A stretch of DNA of 62,604 bases, filler included, from Dugesia japonica (GCA_001938525.1; 6 parts of 6 records of this genome joined end to end with filler, not necessarily neighbours in it), one strand, 5' to 3'; positions 38,880 through 51,822 are shown, numbered from the whole stretch's first letter. Translations and numbers: made by a program. The notes: a model not told the origin generated them from the letters alone.

Positions 38880-39845
38880 GCCAATCCAATGTCCCATTTA
38901 TCCGCCACAAAAACATCCTCGTTATTCTGAAAAATTGCAGTCAATCTATGATATTTGTTAATTTCTAGAATCTCCATGGCATGTCCCAATCGTTCACTTG
39001 TCTGTATTTGTCTTCCAAATTTTGCCTCGATATTGCAAATAAATTTTTTCGATGATTATTGATGTCTACCCTGCACTTTGTTTGCAGATGGTTCCCAAAG
39101 ACATTCTGAAATTCCACTTCACCAATTAAATCTGGTATTAATTTCTCTACTATTATAAATCTTCTTCCTTGCACACCTCTGAAACTATAACTTCGATACG
39201 TATCTTTACAACCGTCTCCAATGAGCGGTTATTTGCGCTATGCAATCGTTCCTCGTTTTTCTCTAACATTGTTTCTTCGAGTCTATTAAATCCTTTCATG
39301 CTCATCACATTTATTCATCTTCCTGTATCTTACAAACAATCAAAATGTTCACCCTTGATCATCACTGAAATGCTAGTTCTTCCTTGCATTTTGTCATTCG
39401 AAATTTCTGCATTCTGTTTCTCTTCAATTATTCCTATCACTTCTGCTTTGTTAACTTTTGCATCATTGAAACATTTTCTTTTTAGGAATCTTTAAACCTT
39501 TTCTCCCACTTCACCCGTTTCATCTCATTTCTCGGCCTCTTGAGGATATTCAAACGGTATCTTGTTTAATGAATGGCTCCGACCAACTCCTTTCCTGATG
39601 GAGCCCTGCTCTTTGGGTATTCTCTTCTTGGATCAACATTTTCTATTATGCTCTCAGAAAGTCTATCTTCATTTACATCATCAAATTCTTCTCGAATGGC
39701 ATAAATTGGTTGTGGCATTAATTTTGTTTGTTGTCCGCTTTTAAATTTGTATCTTCTCTCTTCTAGTCTCGGTTTATGAATGTTCGAATAATATTCTTCG
39801 GCTCTGTGACCTGGTCTTTTACATACACCGCATGCAATTACTCAT
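38880..39845 (-). mobile_element. Second gypsy gag-protease remnant (different subfamily)
   Basis: Knuckle CGVCKRPGHRAEEY, protease-like ECFDCL*DTG/NVMSMK, FIIVEKLIPDLIG, and KWDIG at the RT boundary. Confidence 0.7.
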
Positions 39846-40755
39846 TTACTTCCAAAACTATTAATTATATAAAAATGTTAAAATTCAAGTTTGTTAAATA
39901 CAAATTTCACTTGTTAAATACATTAAAATGAAATCGATGTGACGTTAAATTTTAACTAAATATGTCGTTAAACAGAAAATTTTGCAGAAATTAATTAAGA
40001 AAATTAAATAAAATCAACCCTCAAAGACAAAATATAATATTTTATTGATTTGATACAAATGCAAATCATAACAATAAAGTAAAAAATTTCAAGGCTCGTT
40101 CTCAAATTTTGACATACATAACATTGATGGTTAAATAATAAAATAGAAACTAAATATAAATCAGCAAGCAATTACATATACATTGTTTACAAATTTTACA
40201 GCAAATAATCATGGAAAAATAATAAACTCCACCATGGATTGTTTTGATTTCAATAACAAATGAAANNNNNNNNNNNNNNNNNNNNNNNNNNNNNTTTCTC
40301 CATATCCGATTACAAACTATCTTGGACCAAAAGATATTAAAAGACTGGTTAAATATATTATTTACATACAAGATCAGTTTCTTAAACATACATAATATGA
40401 AACAAATAATTAATTATCCAAGTGATAAAATTTGAATTAAAATCAGGCTTATTTTAATAACGTTAATCAGAAAGTAATTATGCAAGCACAATACAACGCT
40501 AGGTTTCAATGGGTGAAAATCTGAAAAAATTTTAAATCTAATTTAAAATATTATAATGAAGATTATCATAAAAATCTATAATTAGGAATTCTCGGAATTA
40601 TCTAACAATGCTTTCTTTGAAAGCTTCTGATCTTGATTATTAGAGGCAGCACCTAGATTAAAATACAATTATACATGAATAACAACGAATTTCAATTAGT
40701 AATATAAATAANNNNNNNNNNNNNNNNNNNNNNNNNNNNNNNNNNNNNNNNNNNN

Positions 40756-40767
40756 TTAATTAATTAA
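40756..40767. other. Artificial contig linker
   Basis: N44-TTAATTAATTAA-N44. Confidence 0.95.
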
Positions 40768-40939
40768 NNNNNNNNNNNNNNNNNNNNNNNNNNNNNNNNN
40801 NNNNNNNNNNNGTGTATTGAGCCTTAAAACGATTTTAATCTTTGATTTTCGTTCTCTTGCACTTCTGAGTTAGCTTGTTTACTATTGATTTTGTCGTATT
40901 ATAAACTTTTCTGTCATAAAATTAATTTAAAATTAAATT

Positions 40940-42050
40940 TTAGTGCACTCATAACTCAACCGTACAGTTGCTCCAACCAAAAAGGTTTTGGAAAATAATG
41001 AGGACCTCGAGATGTCTTTGGCTAGAGTATAGGCTAGCGAAGCGTAGATGTGAGGCCGACACAACTAATGCCAATGCGAAAGTTAAGCGGTATAGGAATC
41101 AATGTCAGAAGTATCGATTAGAAGCAGAGGCCTCACATTCGCAGGAGCGCTTCTTGAAAGTGCAATTAGAATCATTTGCTGTTATTATCCGGTCCCTCCA
41201 TGACCGTGAAAATAAACTGGTCGCCAATATTTTGGAGCTGTCGGAAACAAGTCGTTGGACCCTTTAATGGTTGATAAGTCCACACAGACTTCAAGCCTAT
41301 AACTGCTCGTCTCATTTCGTTGTAAATAAATGTTATATTTGAGTAAACTGGTTTGTGTTTATCTAATGAAGTTCCTTTCAACATATCTATTGTTTATCTT
41401 TACATCAATCAATTAGTTTAATTTTTAATTAGATGTTTCTTTTCAGTGCCTAGAATTCGTCTCCGCACTAGTCTTAAACAGTGTCATCGCTTAATCCAGA
41501 AGTTTCTCTTGGAAATAAAGAGAAAAAACGAACGTGTCCTGCTCCGATACCTTATCCAGAAAAATATATTAATTAAAAAATTAGATATCATAATCAAAAA
41601 ACAAGGGGAGTTGGCGGAGCGAACCAAAAAGATGTTGGAGAATAAGATTAATTTCTTGAATGATCGATTTGTCCAGACAATTAGAGCTAGGTTCATGGAC
41701 TAGGTGTAATAGTGACGATGATGAAGCCGTCTTCAATTTTATGAATGGTGAGCCTACCCAGTGGTTGGACCCTGCAGCATTAAACTATATGTAAATAAAT
41801 GAAAAAATAAAACTTTCTTGTATTTTTTTAATAGATCTTGTTTTTATTTACTGAATCAAAATAACGGTGGAATTATTGAACCCAAATAAAAAGATGAGCA
41901 ACTCCAAATAAGAGTTGGGAGTCAACCGCTTCACGTCGAAAACCTAATAAGGGGCATCCTAATAAGGTAAATTCTTGGACGGGTCACCTGAGAGCTGATT
42001 TTCCCCCCAGCCAATTTTCCTCTACAACCAACTCAGGTGGAACCCCAACA
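40940..42050 (+). mobile_element. Repeat cassette copy 2: two orphan ORF/exons ending at an LTR-like terminus (...CCCCAACA)
   Basis: ORFs 40968-41267 and 41446-41703 (continuing to LNYM* at about 41794) are homologous to 27042-28145. Each is preceded by a TTTAG|TG or TTCAG|TG acceptor, and AATAAA follows the second ORF. Confidence 0.8.
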
Positions 42051-42861
42051 CTATATTGAAATTTTTAAAATGAAAATATTATTTCTTATTTTGAATTTAT
42101 AGTTATGTATAATTTATTATGTATTTATAATTTTATTTTGTGTTACGTTATTATTTCTTATTTGTAAATAATAACATAAAATAGAAAATATATTTTTGAA
42201 ATTTTAAAATTGTTTATTATTATAAGGAAAAATTCCCTGTATAAATTTAAATAATTTTAAAATAAAAAATGCGCGCGAAATTTAAAATATTGAAAAATCA
42301 AAAAATTTCAAAAAAATTTGAACTAGGCACACAAAAAATACTAGCAAAAATTATGTAAATGCACATAAAATTTGCTCGTCGCTTTTTAAATTACAAATTT
42401 ATAGGCCACTTTTTTGCACACGAGGGGAGGTGCCCCAGTACGCTACTATTCCTCTACTTAATATTAAGAATCAGCAAACCATTTTAATAATGTAATACGA
42501 TTTAATTAGATATAAGATGTAGTTCAGAAATAGTATATCTACAAAATTATCCAATTATATAGAAAGATGACTTTGGCTGCCGTTTTGATAAATAAAACGT
42601 GGAGTTCAACATTATCTAAACAACTTAGGAATAATAAAATCAATGAAAATCATTGCATTGTGTAATAATTTTAGTTGTAAAAAATAACTTATTTAACGAA
42701 TAAACTTATATCAGTTTCTTGTAATAAAATTCGAAAAACTCAATGAATTTCAAATGTAAGAAAAAGTTAATTTAAAAAATAAAATGAGATTAATTACTAA
42801 TTATTAAAGATACTAATAAAACACTTTATTAATTATTAAAATATCATTGATTTCACTACTT

Positions 42862-42930
42862 TCACTTTTTGTAATACTTTTTGTCTTGATTTTCTAAATG
42901 ATTATTCTTGTTATTATAAGGTGAGAGTAC
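42862..42930 (-). CDS. Candidate terminal coding exon of an unidentified host gene
   Basis: Acceptor TTTTTCTCAG| at 42931, then VLSPYNNKNNHLENQDKKYYKK*, with AATAAA about 35 nt downstream. Phase 0 matches the donor at about 44124. Confidence 0.4.
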   Translation of the reverse strand, partial: VLSPYNNKNNHLENQDKKYYKK

Positions 42931-43330
42931 CTGAGAAAAATACATTAATTAATTTATAAAATAAAAAACATTATTTTCACAACTTTAATATTAATATTTT
43001 ATAATTTTCAAAGAAAATCACATTTCAAAGCATTTAAGAGTTATATGATCAAACCAAGCAACTTACATTTGAAAACCCGTGAACAATAGCTGAAATTGTT
43101 TTAAAAATTGAACATTTATGTACTATGATAATTTGAATATCGAAATTTTTTGAATATTTCTGAACCACGTGCTTACTCAACTTTTAAATTCGATATGTTA
43201 ATAAATTTATTTAAACAGTTAATTTGATAATTTAGGCTAACATTGAAAAAGTATTAAATTAAAATTCGTTAAACATCGAATATTAAAAATTATAAAAATA
43301 AATATTAATACAGTAACAATTGATCTATAA

Positions 43331-43499
43331 AATAACTGAATAAACAATTTTATTTAACATAAAATGTTTTTTAAAAGTAAAAGATCAAAACCGTTGTTCT
43401 TTTTTTAATATTTGAGCTATGTCTTCTTCAGGAAGAACAATTTTTATCTTTTGCTTTTAAAAACATTTTATGTTAAATAAAATTGTTTATTCAGTTATT
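43331..43499. repeat. Fold-back inverted repeat (MITE-like hairpin, ~65-bp arms)
   Basis: AATAACTGAATAAACAATTTTATTTAACATAAAATGTTTT... is the reverse complement of ...AAAACATTTTATGTTAAATAAAATTGTTTATTCAGTTATT. Confidence 0.85.
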
Positions 43500-44124
43500 A
43501 TTATCAATATTATTATATCGACAACAAGCCATATACTAACAGTTGAGAGATATCTGCAGTACTTTTTCTGGAAAAATTGGAAAAATAATTTTTGTTTAAT
43601 TAAAAATATTAAATTCTTTTGACCAATATCTTATCAAATGTATGATATATAAATGTATGATATACAAATGTATAATAAACACCTCTCAATTACATAATCG
43701 TGATAAATGATTCTTAAATGTATTAAAAATCGTTCCTAAAAGTACGATATTTATATGCAAAGTTGTTAAAAATGAGATATAAAATGATTTTCAAAGTGAC
43801 AATAATTCTAAAAGTTATTTATAAATTTCTTATGTGAATGTTTTAATAACAAATGTTGATAACAAAACGTTTGTTCTTCGAAATTTTTATTATTTTTAAC
43901 TCATAAATGAAAATTGATATTTAGCAATTATTTGATACATTATTTAATAGATTCAATTTTACTTTTTCTTCACTATCACAAGATATTTAATATCATTATT
44001 AATGTTACTAGATTCTTAAGAAATAAGGTCAAGACATAATATTTAAATTTATATATAATATTTAAAAGTATAATATGTTTATTTAATCAAAATTTTAGTA
44101 GTCAAGTAATGTAAACACGCATAC

Positions 44125-44282
44125 CGTTTCATTATTATGTCTTTGTATACTAATATTCAGAGCAGAATTGGAACTAGGAGTATGTGATCCTGTTGGATTT
44201 CCTGCTTGAATGGTAATAGCTGGATTTTTAGAAAAATTAGATCTCGAAATGGATTGACTTTCATTGATAAAAACAGGCTTAA
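44125..44282 (-). CDS. Candidate internal coding exon (S/T/N-rich), 5' part in N gap
   Basis: Open frame KPVFINESQSISRSNFSKNPAITIQAGNPTGSHTPSSNSALNISIQRHNNET ends at a |GTATGC donor in phase 0. A further candidate exon lies at about 44517-44580. Confidence 0.45.
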
Positions 44283-45184
44283 NNNNNNNNNNNNNNNNNN
44301 NNNNNNNNNNNNNNNNNNNNNNNNNNNNNNNNAATAAAAAACCATGATTTCCTTATGTGTAATTCGAATTTAGTTCTTAAAATTTAAAATAATTTTAGTT
44401 AGAAATAGCAATAGAAATAAGTAAATGTAATGTATATTATATTTAATGACATAAGAATATCTTATAAATAATTTATAAGTATAAGTAGTGAGATAGTAGA
44501 CCATTGCACCAACTACCTTGTTAGTTGGATTTGGAAAACTCGTCGTATCACCAATATCAAAATTCNAATTCATTACAACACTTTATTAAAATCAAAACTT
44601 TAACCAACATTATTTGTTAATCAAACAAATTAAAATACCGTGTTTTAATTGGTGATCTTTTTTCTAAAATTAAAAATTGAAATTTTTATTTNNNNNNNNN
44701 NNNNNNNNNNNNNNNNNNNNNNNNNNNNNNNNNNNNNNNNNNNNNNNNNNNNNNNNNNNNNNNNNNNNNNNNNNNNNNNNNNNNNNNNNNNNNNNNNNNN
44801 NNNNNNNNNNNNNNNNNNNNNNNNNNNNNNNNNNNNNNNNNNNNNNNNNNNNNNNNNNNNNNNNNNNNNNNNNNNNNNNNNNNNNNNNNNNNNNNNNNNN
44901 NNNNNNNNNNNNNNNNNNNNNNNNNNNNNNNNNNNNNNNNNNNNNNNNNNNNNNNNNNNNNNNNNNNNNNNNNNNNNNNNNNNNNNNNNNNNNNNNNNNN
45001 NNNNNNNNNNNNNNNNNNNNNNNNNNNNNNNNNNNNNNNNNNNNNNNNNNNNNNNNNNNNNNNNNNNNNNNNNNNNNNNNNNNNNNNNNNNNNNNNNNNN
45101 NNNNNNNNNNNNNNNNNNNNNNNNNNNNNNNNNNNNNNNNNNNNNNNNNNNNNNNNNNNNNNNNNNNNNNNNNNNNNNNNNNNN

Positions 45185-48100
45185 AAAGATATTCAAATAA
45201 TACAATCAATTCAAATCCTCAACGATCAAATTTTAAGGAACCAATAAAATGTTATACGTATGGAGTTCAGGAATATGTGGCAAAGTATTGCACTAAATCA
45301 GTAGTTAATGTAGCTATTTTGCCCACAACCAAAGTTCCGGATAAATACATATTCAATGGTAAAAAAATTGTAATTGTATTGTTAAAATGTTTCGAGATAC
45401 AGGTGCATAAACAACTATGATTCATCCTCGATATCTTCGAAATTCGGATCTAACTAGTGAAACTGTGAGTATTTATTTGGCTAATGGAAAAATTGATGAA
45501 GCGCCTATTGCAAATGTTGAACTGGAAATTGGAGGAGTATCGGTGAGTACTAGAGCAATTTTAATTGAAAGCAAGCACGATAGTCTACTAGGTAATGAGA
45601 TCGACCATATTTGTGAAATAATAACTAGATCAAAGTCGATAAAAGCTAATGAGGAAGAAAAGCGTAGTAAACTGGAAGAGAAACTTAATAAACCTAGGAA
45701 TTTATCGATTGATGATATTCCTCTTGAAACTGTTGACAAATACCCTTCAGATTGTGAAATTATTAAAGATATATTCAATTATAACGATTATAAACCAATT
45801 TGACCTGTTTGATAAATTTAATGGTACAATCATATAGATTCTAACTCTGAAAAATGGTTCACCAATAGTTGGTATCGTAACAAGAGGAGCTCTGTTAACA
45901 GCTAGCTTTCTGTCAGCTTTTTGGCATTGGTAGCAACCTTTTCACCATTGTTTAATATAGAGATTTTTGAAACATTAGAACATGAAAATTATTTTTTAGA
46001 AAATGGAATTTTGATGTTTAAAAATTCTAAAACGTCTGAAAAACTAGTTGTTGTTCCTCAAAGGTATCGAAGAAAAATTCTTGAATTATCTCAAGATGTA
46101 CCTACCGCAGGTCATCTAGGAGTAAATAAAACTCGAAAGAGAATTGAAAAGTTCTTCAATTGNCCAGGAATAGCAAACAATATTAAACAATGGTGTAAAG
46201 GTTGCTACCAATGCTAATAATGTAACAGAAAGCTAGCTGTTAACAGACCTTCTCTTGTTACGACATCAACTATTTGTGAACCATTTTTCAGAGTTGGAAT
46301 CGATATGATTGGACCATTAAATCTATCAGACAGATAAAACAGGTTTATAATCGTTATAATTGGTCATGCAACTAGATATCCAGAAGCTATACCAGTTCCA
46401 AATATGTAGGCACTAACAGTGGCTAGAGAAATGTCTCATTATTTCTGTAAGGTAGGTATACCAACTGAGATTCTTACTGATCAAGGAACAAACTTTTGAA
46501 GCTCAATAATGATGCAATTATATAATTTTCTTGGCATTAAACACATCAGAACTTTCCCATATCACCATCAGGCTAACGGCATATGTACTCTAAAGGCAAT
46601 GCTAAGGCGATTATCAGCGGATACCGATGGTAAAGATTGGGATAAATTCTTGCCATATTTATGCTGTGTATCTTTCCTCAATGCATGAAAATTTGGGATT
46701 TAGTCATTTTGAACTATTGTTTGGCCGTGATGTTCAAGGCACTTTATCGTTGGCTTACAGAGATTTTGGGTAAAGAGGAGGCTGAATCAGACATTTGTGC
46801 ATTTGTGTTAAACTTAAAAGATAAATTAATGCAAGTTACACAAATAAAGTTACAGCAAGAAAACTTTAAAAAATCAAAAAAGAAGAAATGNNNNNNNNNN
46901 NNNNNNNNNNNNNNNNNNNNNNNNNNNNNNNNNNNCAATTTGTTCCAGGCGATGAAGTTTTAGTTTTATTACCTACATCTGCTAATAAAATTATGTCAGG
47001 GTGGCAGGGTCCCTATAAAATTTTAGAACAAATTGGAGACTTTATTATTACAATTATTATGAGAATAATTGTTGGACTTAACCATTGATCGAATTTGAGA
47101 TATCATTAAAATAAAGAGAAAGCTTCGATCAAAATAAAATGTATTTTTAAAGAAATTCAAATTTTCGACACGTCTTCTTTAGGAATGATGACTTCTTGAT
47201 AGATTCAATTAGATGATAGATCTTTGCTACAAAATTCTTTTATTTTATCAAAGTTTTATTGGTTTATCTAAATTATATATTTTTTATAAAATAAATAAAA
47301 AATTCCTGAAGTAAAGTGTCGAAAATTTGAATTTCTACAAAAATACATTTTATTTTGATCGAAGCTTTCTCTTTATTTTAATTCAATTGGAGACGTTAAC
47401 TATAAAGTTGACATAGGACGAACAAAGAAAAGATATAGAGCATTGCACGTTAATCTTCTGAGCCCATGGATAAATCAGCAAGAAATAATCGTACAATCAG
47501 CTCTCGAATCTGAATACCCGATTGCAAATTGGAATACCATCCAAATCAATTACCAGATGAATTATTTTAAACGTGTAAAAAACTGGTAGAACTCTACCAA
47601 GACGTTTTTTCGTCGAAACCAGGGTTGAAAGGGTCAATGGAATTCAGCATTCAATTAACTGATAATAACCCAATAACCCTCGAGCCTTATGTAGTGGCAG
47701 ATGTGCTTCGAGATACCATAAAGAATGAAATCGCGATATTATTTAAGGAAGATATAATTGAAAAATCCTCAAGTCCGTATCCCAGTCCTACCTTATTCGT
47801 TCCAAAAAAATGGAAGACTAAGATTAGTACAGGATCATCGGTAAATTAATGAAAAGACACTTTCTGACTGTTATCCGATGCCAGAGATTGAGAAAATTAT
47901 CGATTCATTAGGAAATTCAAAATATATTAGTACAATTGATCTAACGAAGGGATATTATCAGGTGCCATTAAAACTTCAGGACAGATCTGAAAGTGCATTT
48001 ATTACTCCTTTTGGTTTTTATCAGTTTAAAATAATGTCAATTAGATTTAAAAATGCCCCAGTAACTTATCAAAGAATGATGCATAGTCTACTAAAAAATC

Positions 48101-48798
48101 TTCCTAATATTGCTGCTTTGTTAGATGATATTATAGTTTGTTCACATACGAACCAACAGAATATTGAAACTTTGGAAAATGTACTAAAAGCATTATTGGC
48201 AACCGGTCTTACAGGTAATCCTATAAAGAGTAAGCTTATGATGTTTAAAACCGAGTTTCTAGGTAAGATGATCGGGAATGGAGAGGTTTCCCCAATAACA
48301 GACAAAATTTCAATAATACAATACCTCCCCCGCCCTAAATCGAAGAAAGATGTTCACCAGTTTATGGGAATGCTGAATTTTTTTAGGGCTCATATCAATA
48401 ATTTAGCTCTCATTGCTTGGTCATTAACAGATCTCCTGAACAAGAAGACGTGTGACAAAATAAAGTAGAATTCAGAATGTGAGGAGAGCTTTAAAAAATT
48501 ACAAGAGATGCTGACGACAGTACACATGTTGAGAATGACAGACCATGCTAAAATATTTTATGTTCAGATAGATGCTTCGGACAAGGCAGTGAAAGCCGTT
48601 CTATCTAAAAAACTCGATGATAATGGACACTCTATTGCTTTTCGATCAAAGAAGTTAACTGAGTTACAGCAGAGATGGTCAACGATAGAAAAAGAACTAT
48701 ACGCTATTGTTTACGCTGTTGAGCAATTTCATTATTACTTATATGGTCGCTATATTTATATAGTCACCTATTTCAAGTACACTACAAAAAGGGAATAG
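45185..48798 (+). mobile_element. Degenerate Gmr1-like Ty3/gypsy element (gag-PR-IN-RT-RH order)
   Basis: Knuckle KCYTYGVQEYVAKYC; protease RDTGA (about 45394); IN AGHLGVNKT...WCKGCYQC, GIDMIGP, TDQGTNF, PYHHQANG, WQGPY (45960-47030); gypsy RT IDLTKGYYQV, TPFGFYQF, LLDDII (47625-48468); RNase H IDASDKAV...WSTIEKELYAI. Confidence 0.9.
47041..47384. mobile_element. 344-bp insertion with 10-bp TSD containing a ~65-bp-TIR MITE
   Basis: TSD AATTGGAGAC at 47031-47040 and 47385-47394. TIR TTAAAATAAAGAGAAAGCTTCGATCAAAATAAAATGTATTTT at 47106 and its reverse complement ending at 47381. Removal restores EQIGD|VNYKVDI. Confidence 0.85.
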
Positions 48799-48809
48799 AT
48801 AATCAAAAC

Positions 48810-49037
48810 CAGGCGGGCACCCAGGGTGGCTCACGGGCTTGAGCCCCAAACCCATAAAAATTTGCGCTCCACAATGGACGAGAATCGATTAAATGGGTTG
48901 GCTTTGTCAATCTTCCTATCCAAAATGAATATAAAATATTTTAATCATGTATTATTAAAAAAAAATAATTAAATTTAACTCGACTTTTATTATTATTGTT
49001 GTTTTCTCCCAAAGCGAAAAACCTTGGTGCACGCCTG
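48810..49037 (+). mobile_element. hAT MITE with 8-bp TSD
   Basis: TIR CAGGCG(G/T)GCACC(C/A)AGG and perfect TSD ATCAAAAC (48802-48809, 49038-49045). Internal remnant LRSTMDENRLNGLAL of the hAT dimerisation domain. Confidence 0.92.
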
Positions 49038-49629
49038 ATCAAAACAGTGATTTTCTAAGCCATCTTATCAGATCGATCACTTAATGATCTTGTTTTACTA
49101 AAATTTTATTGTAAGAAGATATGATTTTTGTCTGTCAAATAAAATATGCAATTGAATATTTTTTTAAATACTTACTAACTGCTTTTTAGTACCAAAAATT
49201 TTAAGTACCTAATATTTTGATATACCTAATTTTAAACAACCGAAAAAACCGGTTAACCGCGATTTTTTAAAAGTCCGGTTTTTCAGAAACACTAGGGGAA
49301 ATTCACTTAAATACTTAAAAATTTTGACTAATTTAAAAAAAATATCCACTGATTTTCTGTGGAAAAAAAATAAAATAAAAATAAAATCATTAATTTCGCT
49401 TAATTCCCAATCAACGAAACAAAAGATGATGTTATCGGCACACACAGACGAAATTTGCGAAGATATTGGTCCACACATTTCGAAGTCTTCTAGTGTTTAG
49501 GTGTCGCCATGAAATGGTTCGCGAACCAAGAGGAATGTGACTCGAAACAGCTTAATTGTCTTTTTTTCGAGATTTTGCAATTGAAAAAAGAATTTCTTAA
49601 CCGTTAACGTCATTCTACCGGTTGTGTTG

Positions 49630-51690
49630 ATGGCCGATTTGAAAGGGTGTGCAAGGGTGCGACCGAACTTAGCCCCGCACTTAAGAAAGTTTATATAATA
49701 TTATTAAATACAAGAAAAAAATTTAATATATATACACTATATATTAAAATTTGATTAAATTCAAACAATTTCTTTTAAAGTTTTTAAATGCTTTTTTAAA
49801 CCTAAAAATGTATACATTATTATTTTTGTTAATTTAAATTGGAACAATTTAGTGGCTCCCTAATTGTGGAAATTCAAATTCAAAATTTTTTTAAAGAAAA
49901 TTCAAATGTATAGTTGCAGTTGGCTTAGTTGCAGTTGCCTTTGTNNNNNNNNNNNNNNNNNNNNNNNNNNNNNNNNNNNNNNNNNNNNNNNNNNNNNNNN
50001 NNNNNNNNNNNNNNNNNNNNNNNNNNNNNNNNNNNNNNNNNNNNNNNNNNNNNNNNNNNNNNNNNNNNNNNNNNNNNNNNNNNNNNNNNNNNNNNNNNNN
50101 NNNNNNNNNNNNNNNNNNNNNNNNNNNNNNNNNNNNNNNNNNNNNNNNTTATTGGTAAATAGGTAAATATATACTCAGTAATTTAGTATAAATAGCAGAT
50201 TTGTCTATATTTATATATTGTATACATTTAAGTTGGCAAAATGGGAAGAGATCGAGATCGATGAAGAAAATATTTAAGTGGAAGCGAAAAACTTAAGAAC
50301 AAATTAAAGCGTGAATTACTGGAGAAAAAAAAGTAACAGTATGCTAAAATATGTCGTCAAAGTGTCTAATACTGCATTCGCTCACAGTAGTAATGTAGAA
50401 GTAGAAGCTCACAGTTGCAATATGGAAGTTGAAGATACAGATACTGATGGTACTGGTGACAAACTTGAAGAAAATAACAATGAGGCAATATTATTTTTGA
50501 AAGTGATCCACAAGAAGAAAACCCTGTAATGATTTTGAATCAAAAAAATCCGATATTGAAACCGCAGATGAAATTAATCTTTGAGATTTTGCAGACCCTG
50601 GTACATGGCCAAGTAAAATATCGAAACATATGAAAATTGCTTTAATTCGGCATAGTATAAATAAATCAAATAAATAATTTCCATTTTCCGATAAACAAAA
50701 ATAAAAGATCTTTTTCTATAAAATATTACAATAGAAAANNNNNNNNNNNNNNNNNNNNNNNNNNNNNNNNNNNNNNNNNNNNNNNNNNNNNNAACAAAGT
50801 ATGGTGTTTTCCATGAAAACTGTTTATGGATACCGAAACTGATGTATCATTATACAATAATGATTTTAATGATTGGATTAATTTGAGTCAAAGGCTTAAA
50901 GCGCATGAGCGATCAGTATATCATATAAAATCTATGCAGACTTGGCTTCAAACAGAACACAATCTAAACATTGGTAATACAAAAGATCAAGAACATGAAC
51001 GGATAATTGGTATTGAAACACTTCGTTGGAAAAAGGTTTTTGAACGTATAATCGGAGCAATTTTATATTTATCTGAACATAATTTAGCTTTCCGAGGAAG
51101 TAGTGATACGCTTTATTCACCGCACAATGGAAACTTTTTAGGTTTATTAGAACAGATTGCTCGATTTGATCCGGTTTCAAAAAAATTATCTTACTCGTAC
51201 TACCATTCAAAATGGCAAGAAAGAAAGTAGAAACTGTTATTTGTCTCATTTAATTCATAATGAATTAATTAATTCTTTGGGAAATAAAGTTGAAAACAAA
51301 ATAATAGAATTGATATAGAACTGCAAGTATTATTCTATATTACTTGATCGCAGTAAGTCATCAGGAGCAACTATTAGTTGTCTTACGCTATGTTGATATA
51401 AAAGAAAGGGAAGTAAAAATTCTGGAATATTTTATAGCATTTGTAAGAGTGTACGACACCACGGAAAAGGGCTTATCTGAGACAATGAATTGTGTTTTAA
51501 ATACCACAGGTCTAAAGCTATCTGACTGTCGAGGCCAAGGATAGGACAACGGGGCCAATATGAAAGGAGTTTATAAAGGAGTGCTGGCATATTTTTCACG
51601 TGAAAATTTAAAAGCTTTTTACATTCCATGTGGTTGCCATAATCTGAATTTATTCTTAGGAGATATCGCAAAATTTTCAGTCATAGCATT
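49630..51690 (+). mobile_element. Degenerate hAT transposon (ZMYM1/DUF4371-type transposase), truncated by contig end
   Basis: Left-end-like GGCCGATTTGAAAGGGTGTGCAAGGGTGCGACCG..GCCCCGCAC. Transposase motifs DPGTWP, FNDWINL...HERSVYH, LAFRGSSD...NGNFLGLLE, SHQEQLLVVLRYV, CRGQG*DNGANMKG and IPCGCHNLNL. Confidence 0.9.
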
Positions 51691-51810
51691 TAATTATATA
51701 TATATATATATATAAAATAAGAAAACGCAATTTCTTTAAAAAACATCTATTTTTAATACATGTTTCNNNNNNNNNNNNNNNNNNNNNNNNNNNNNNNNNN
51801 NNNNNNNNNN

Positions 51811-51822
51811 TTAATTAATTAA
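51811..51822. other. Artificial contig linker
   Basis: N44-TTAATTAATTAA-N44. Confidence 0.95.

Noticed and set aside
42862-44580. Minus-strand exons as the C-terminal tail of the GluN3-like gene
   Set aside because: They are separated from it by an artificial linker at 51811, and no S2/M4 exons were found in between.
44645-45209. Several long ORFs containing X runs (also at 23-24, 29.8, 32 and 50 kb)
   Set aside because: They are open only because of N gaps.
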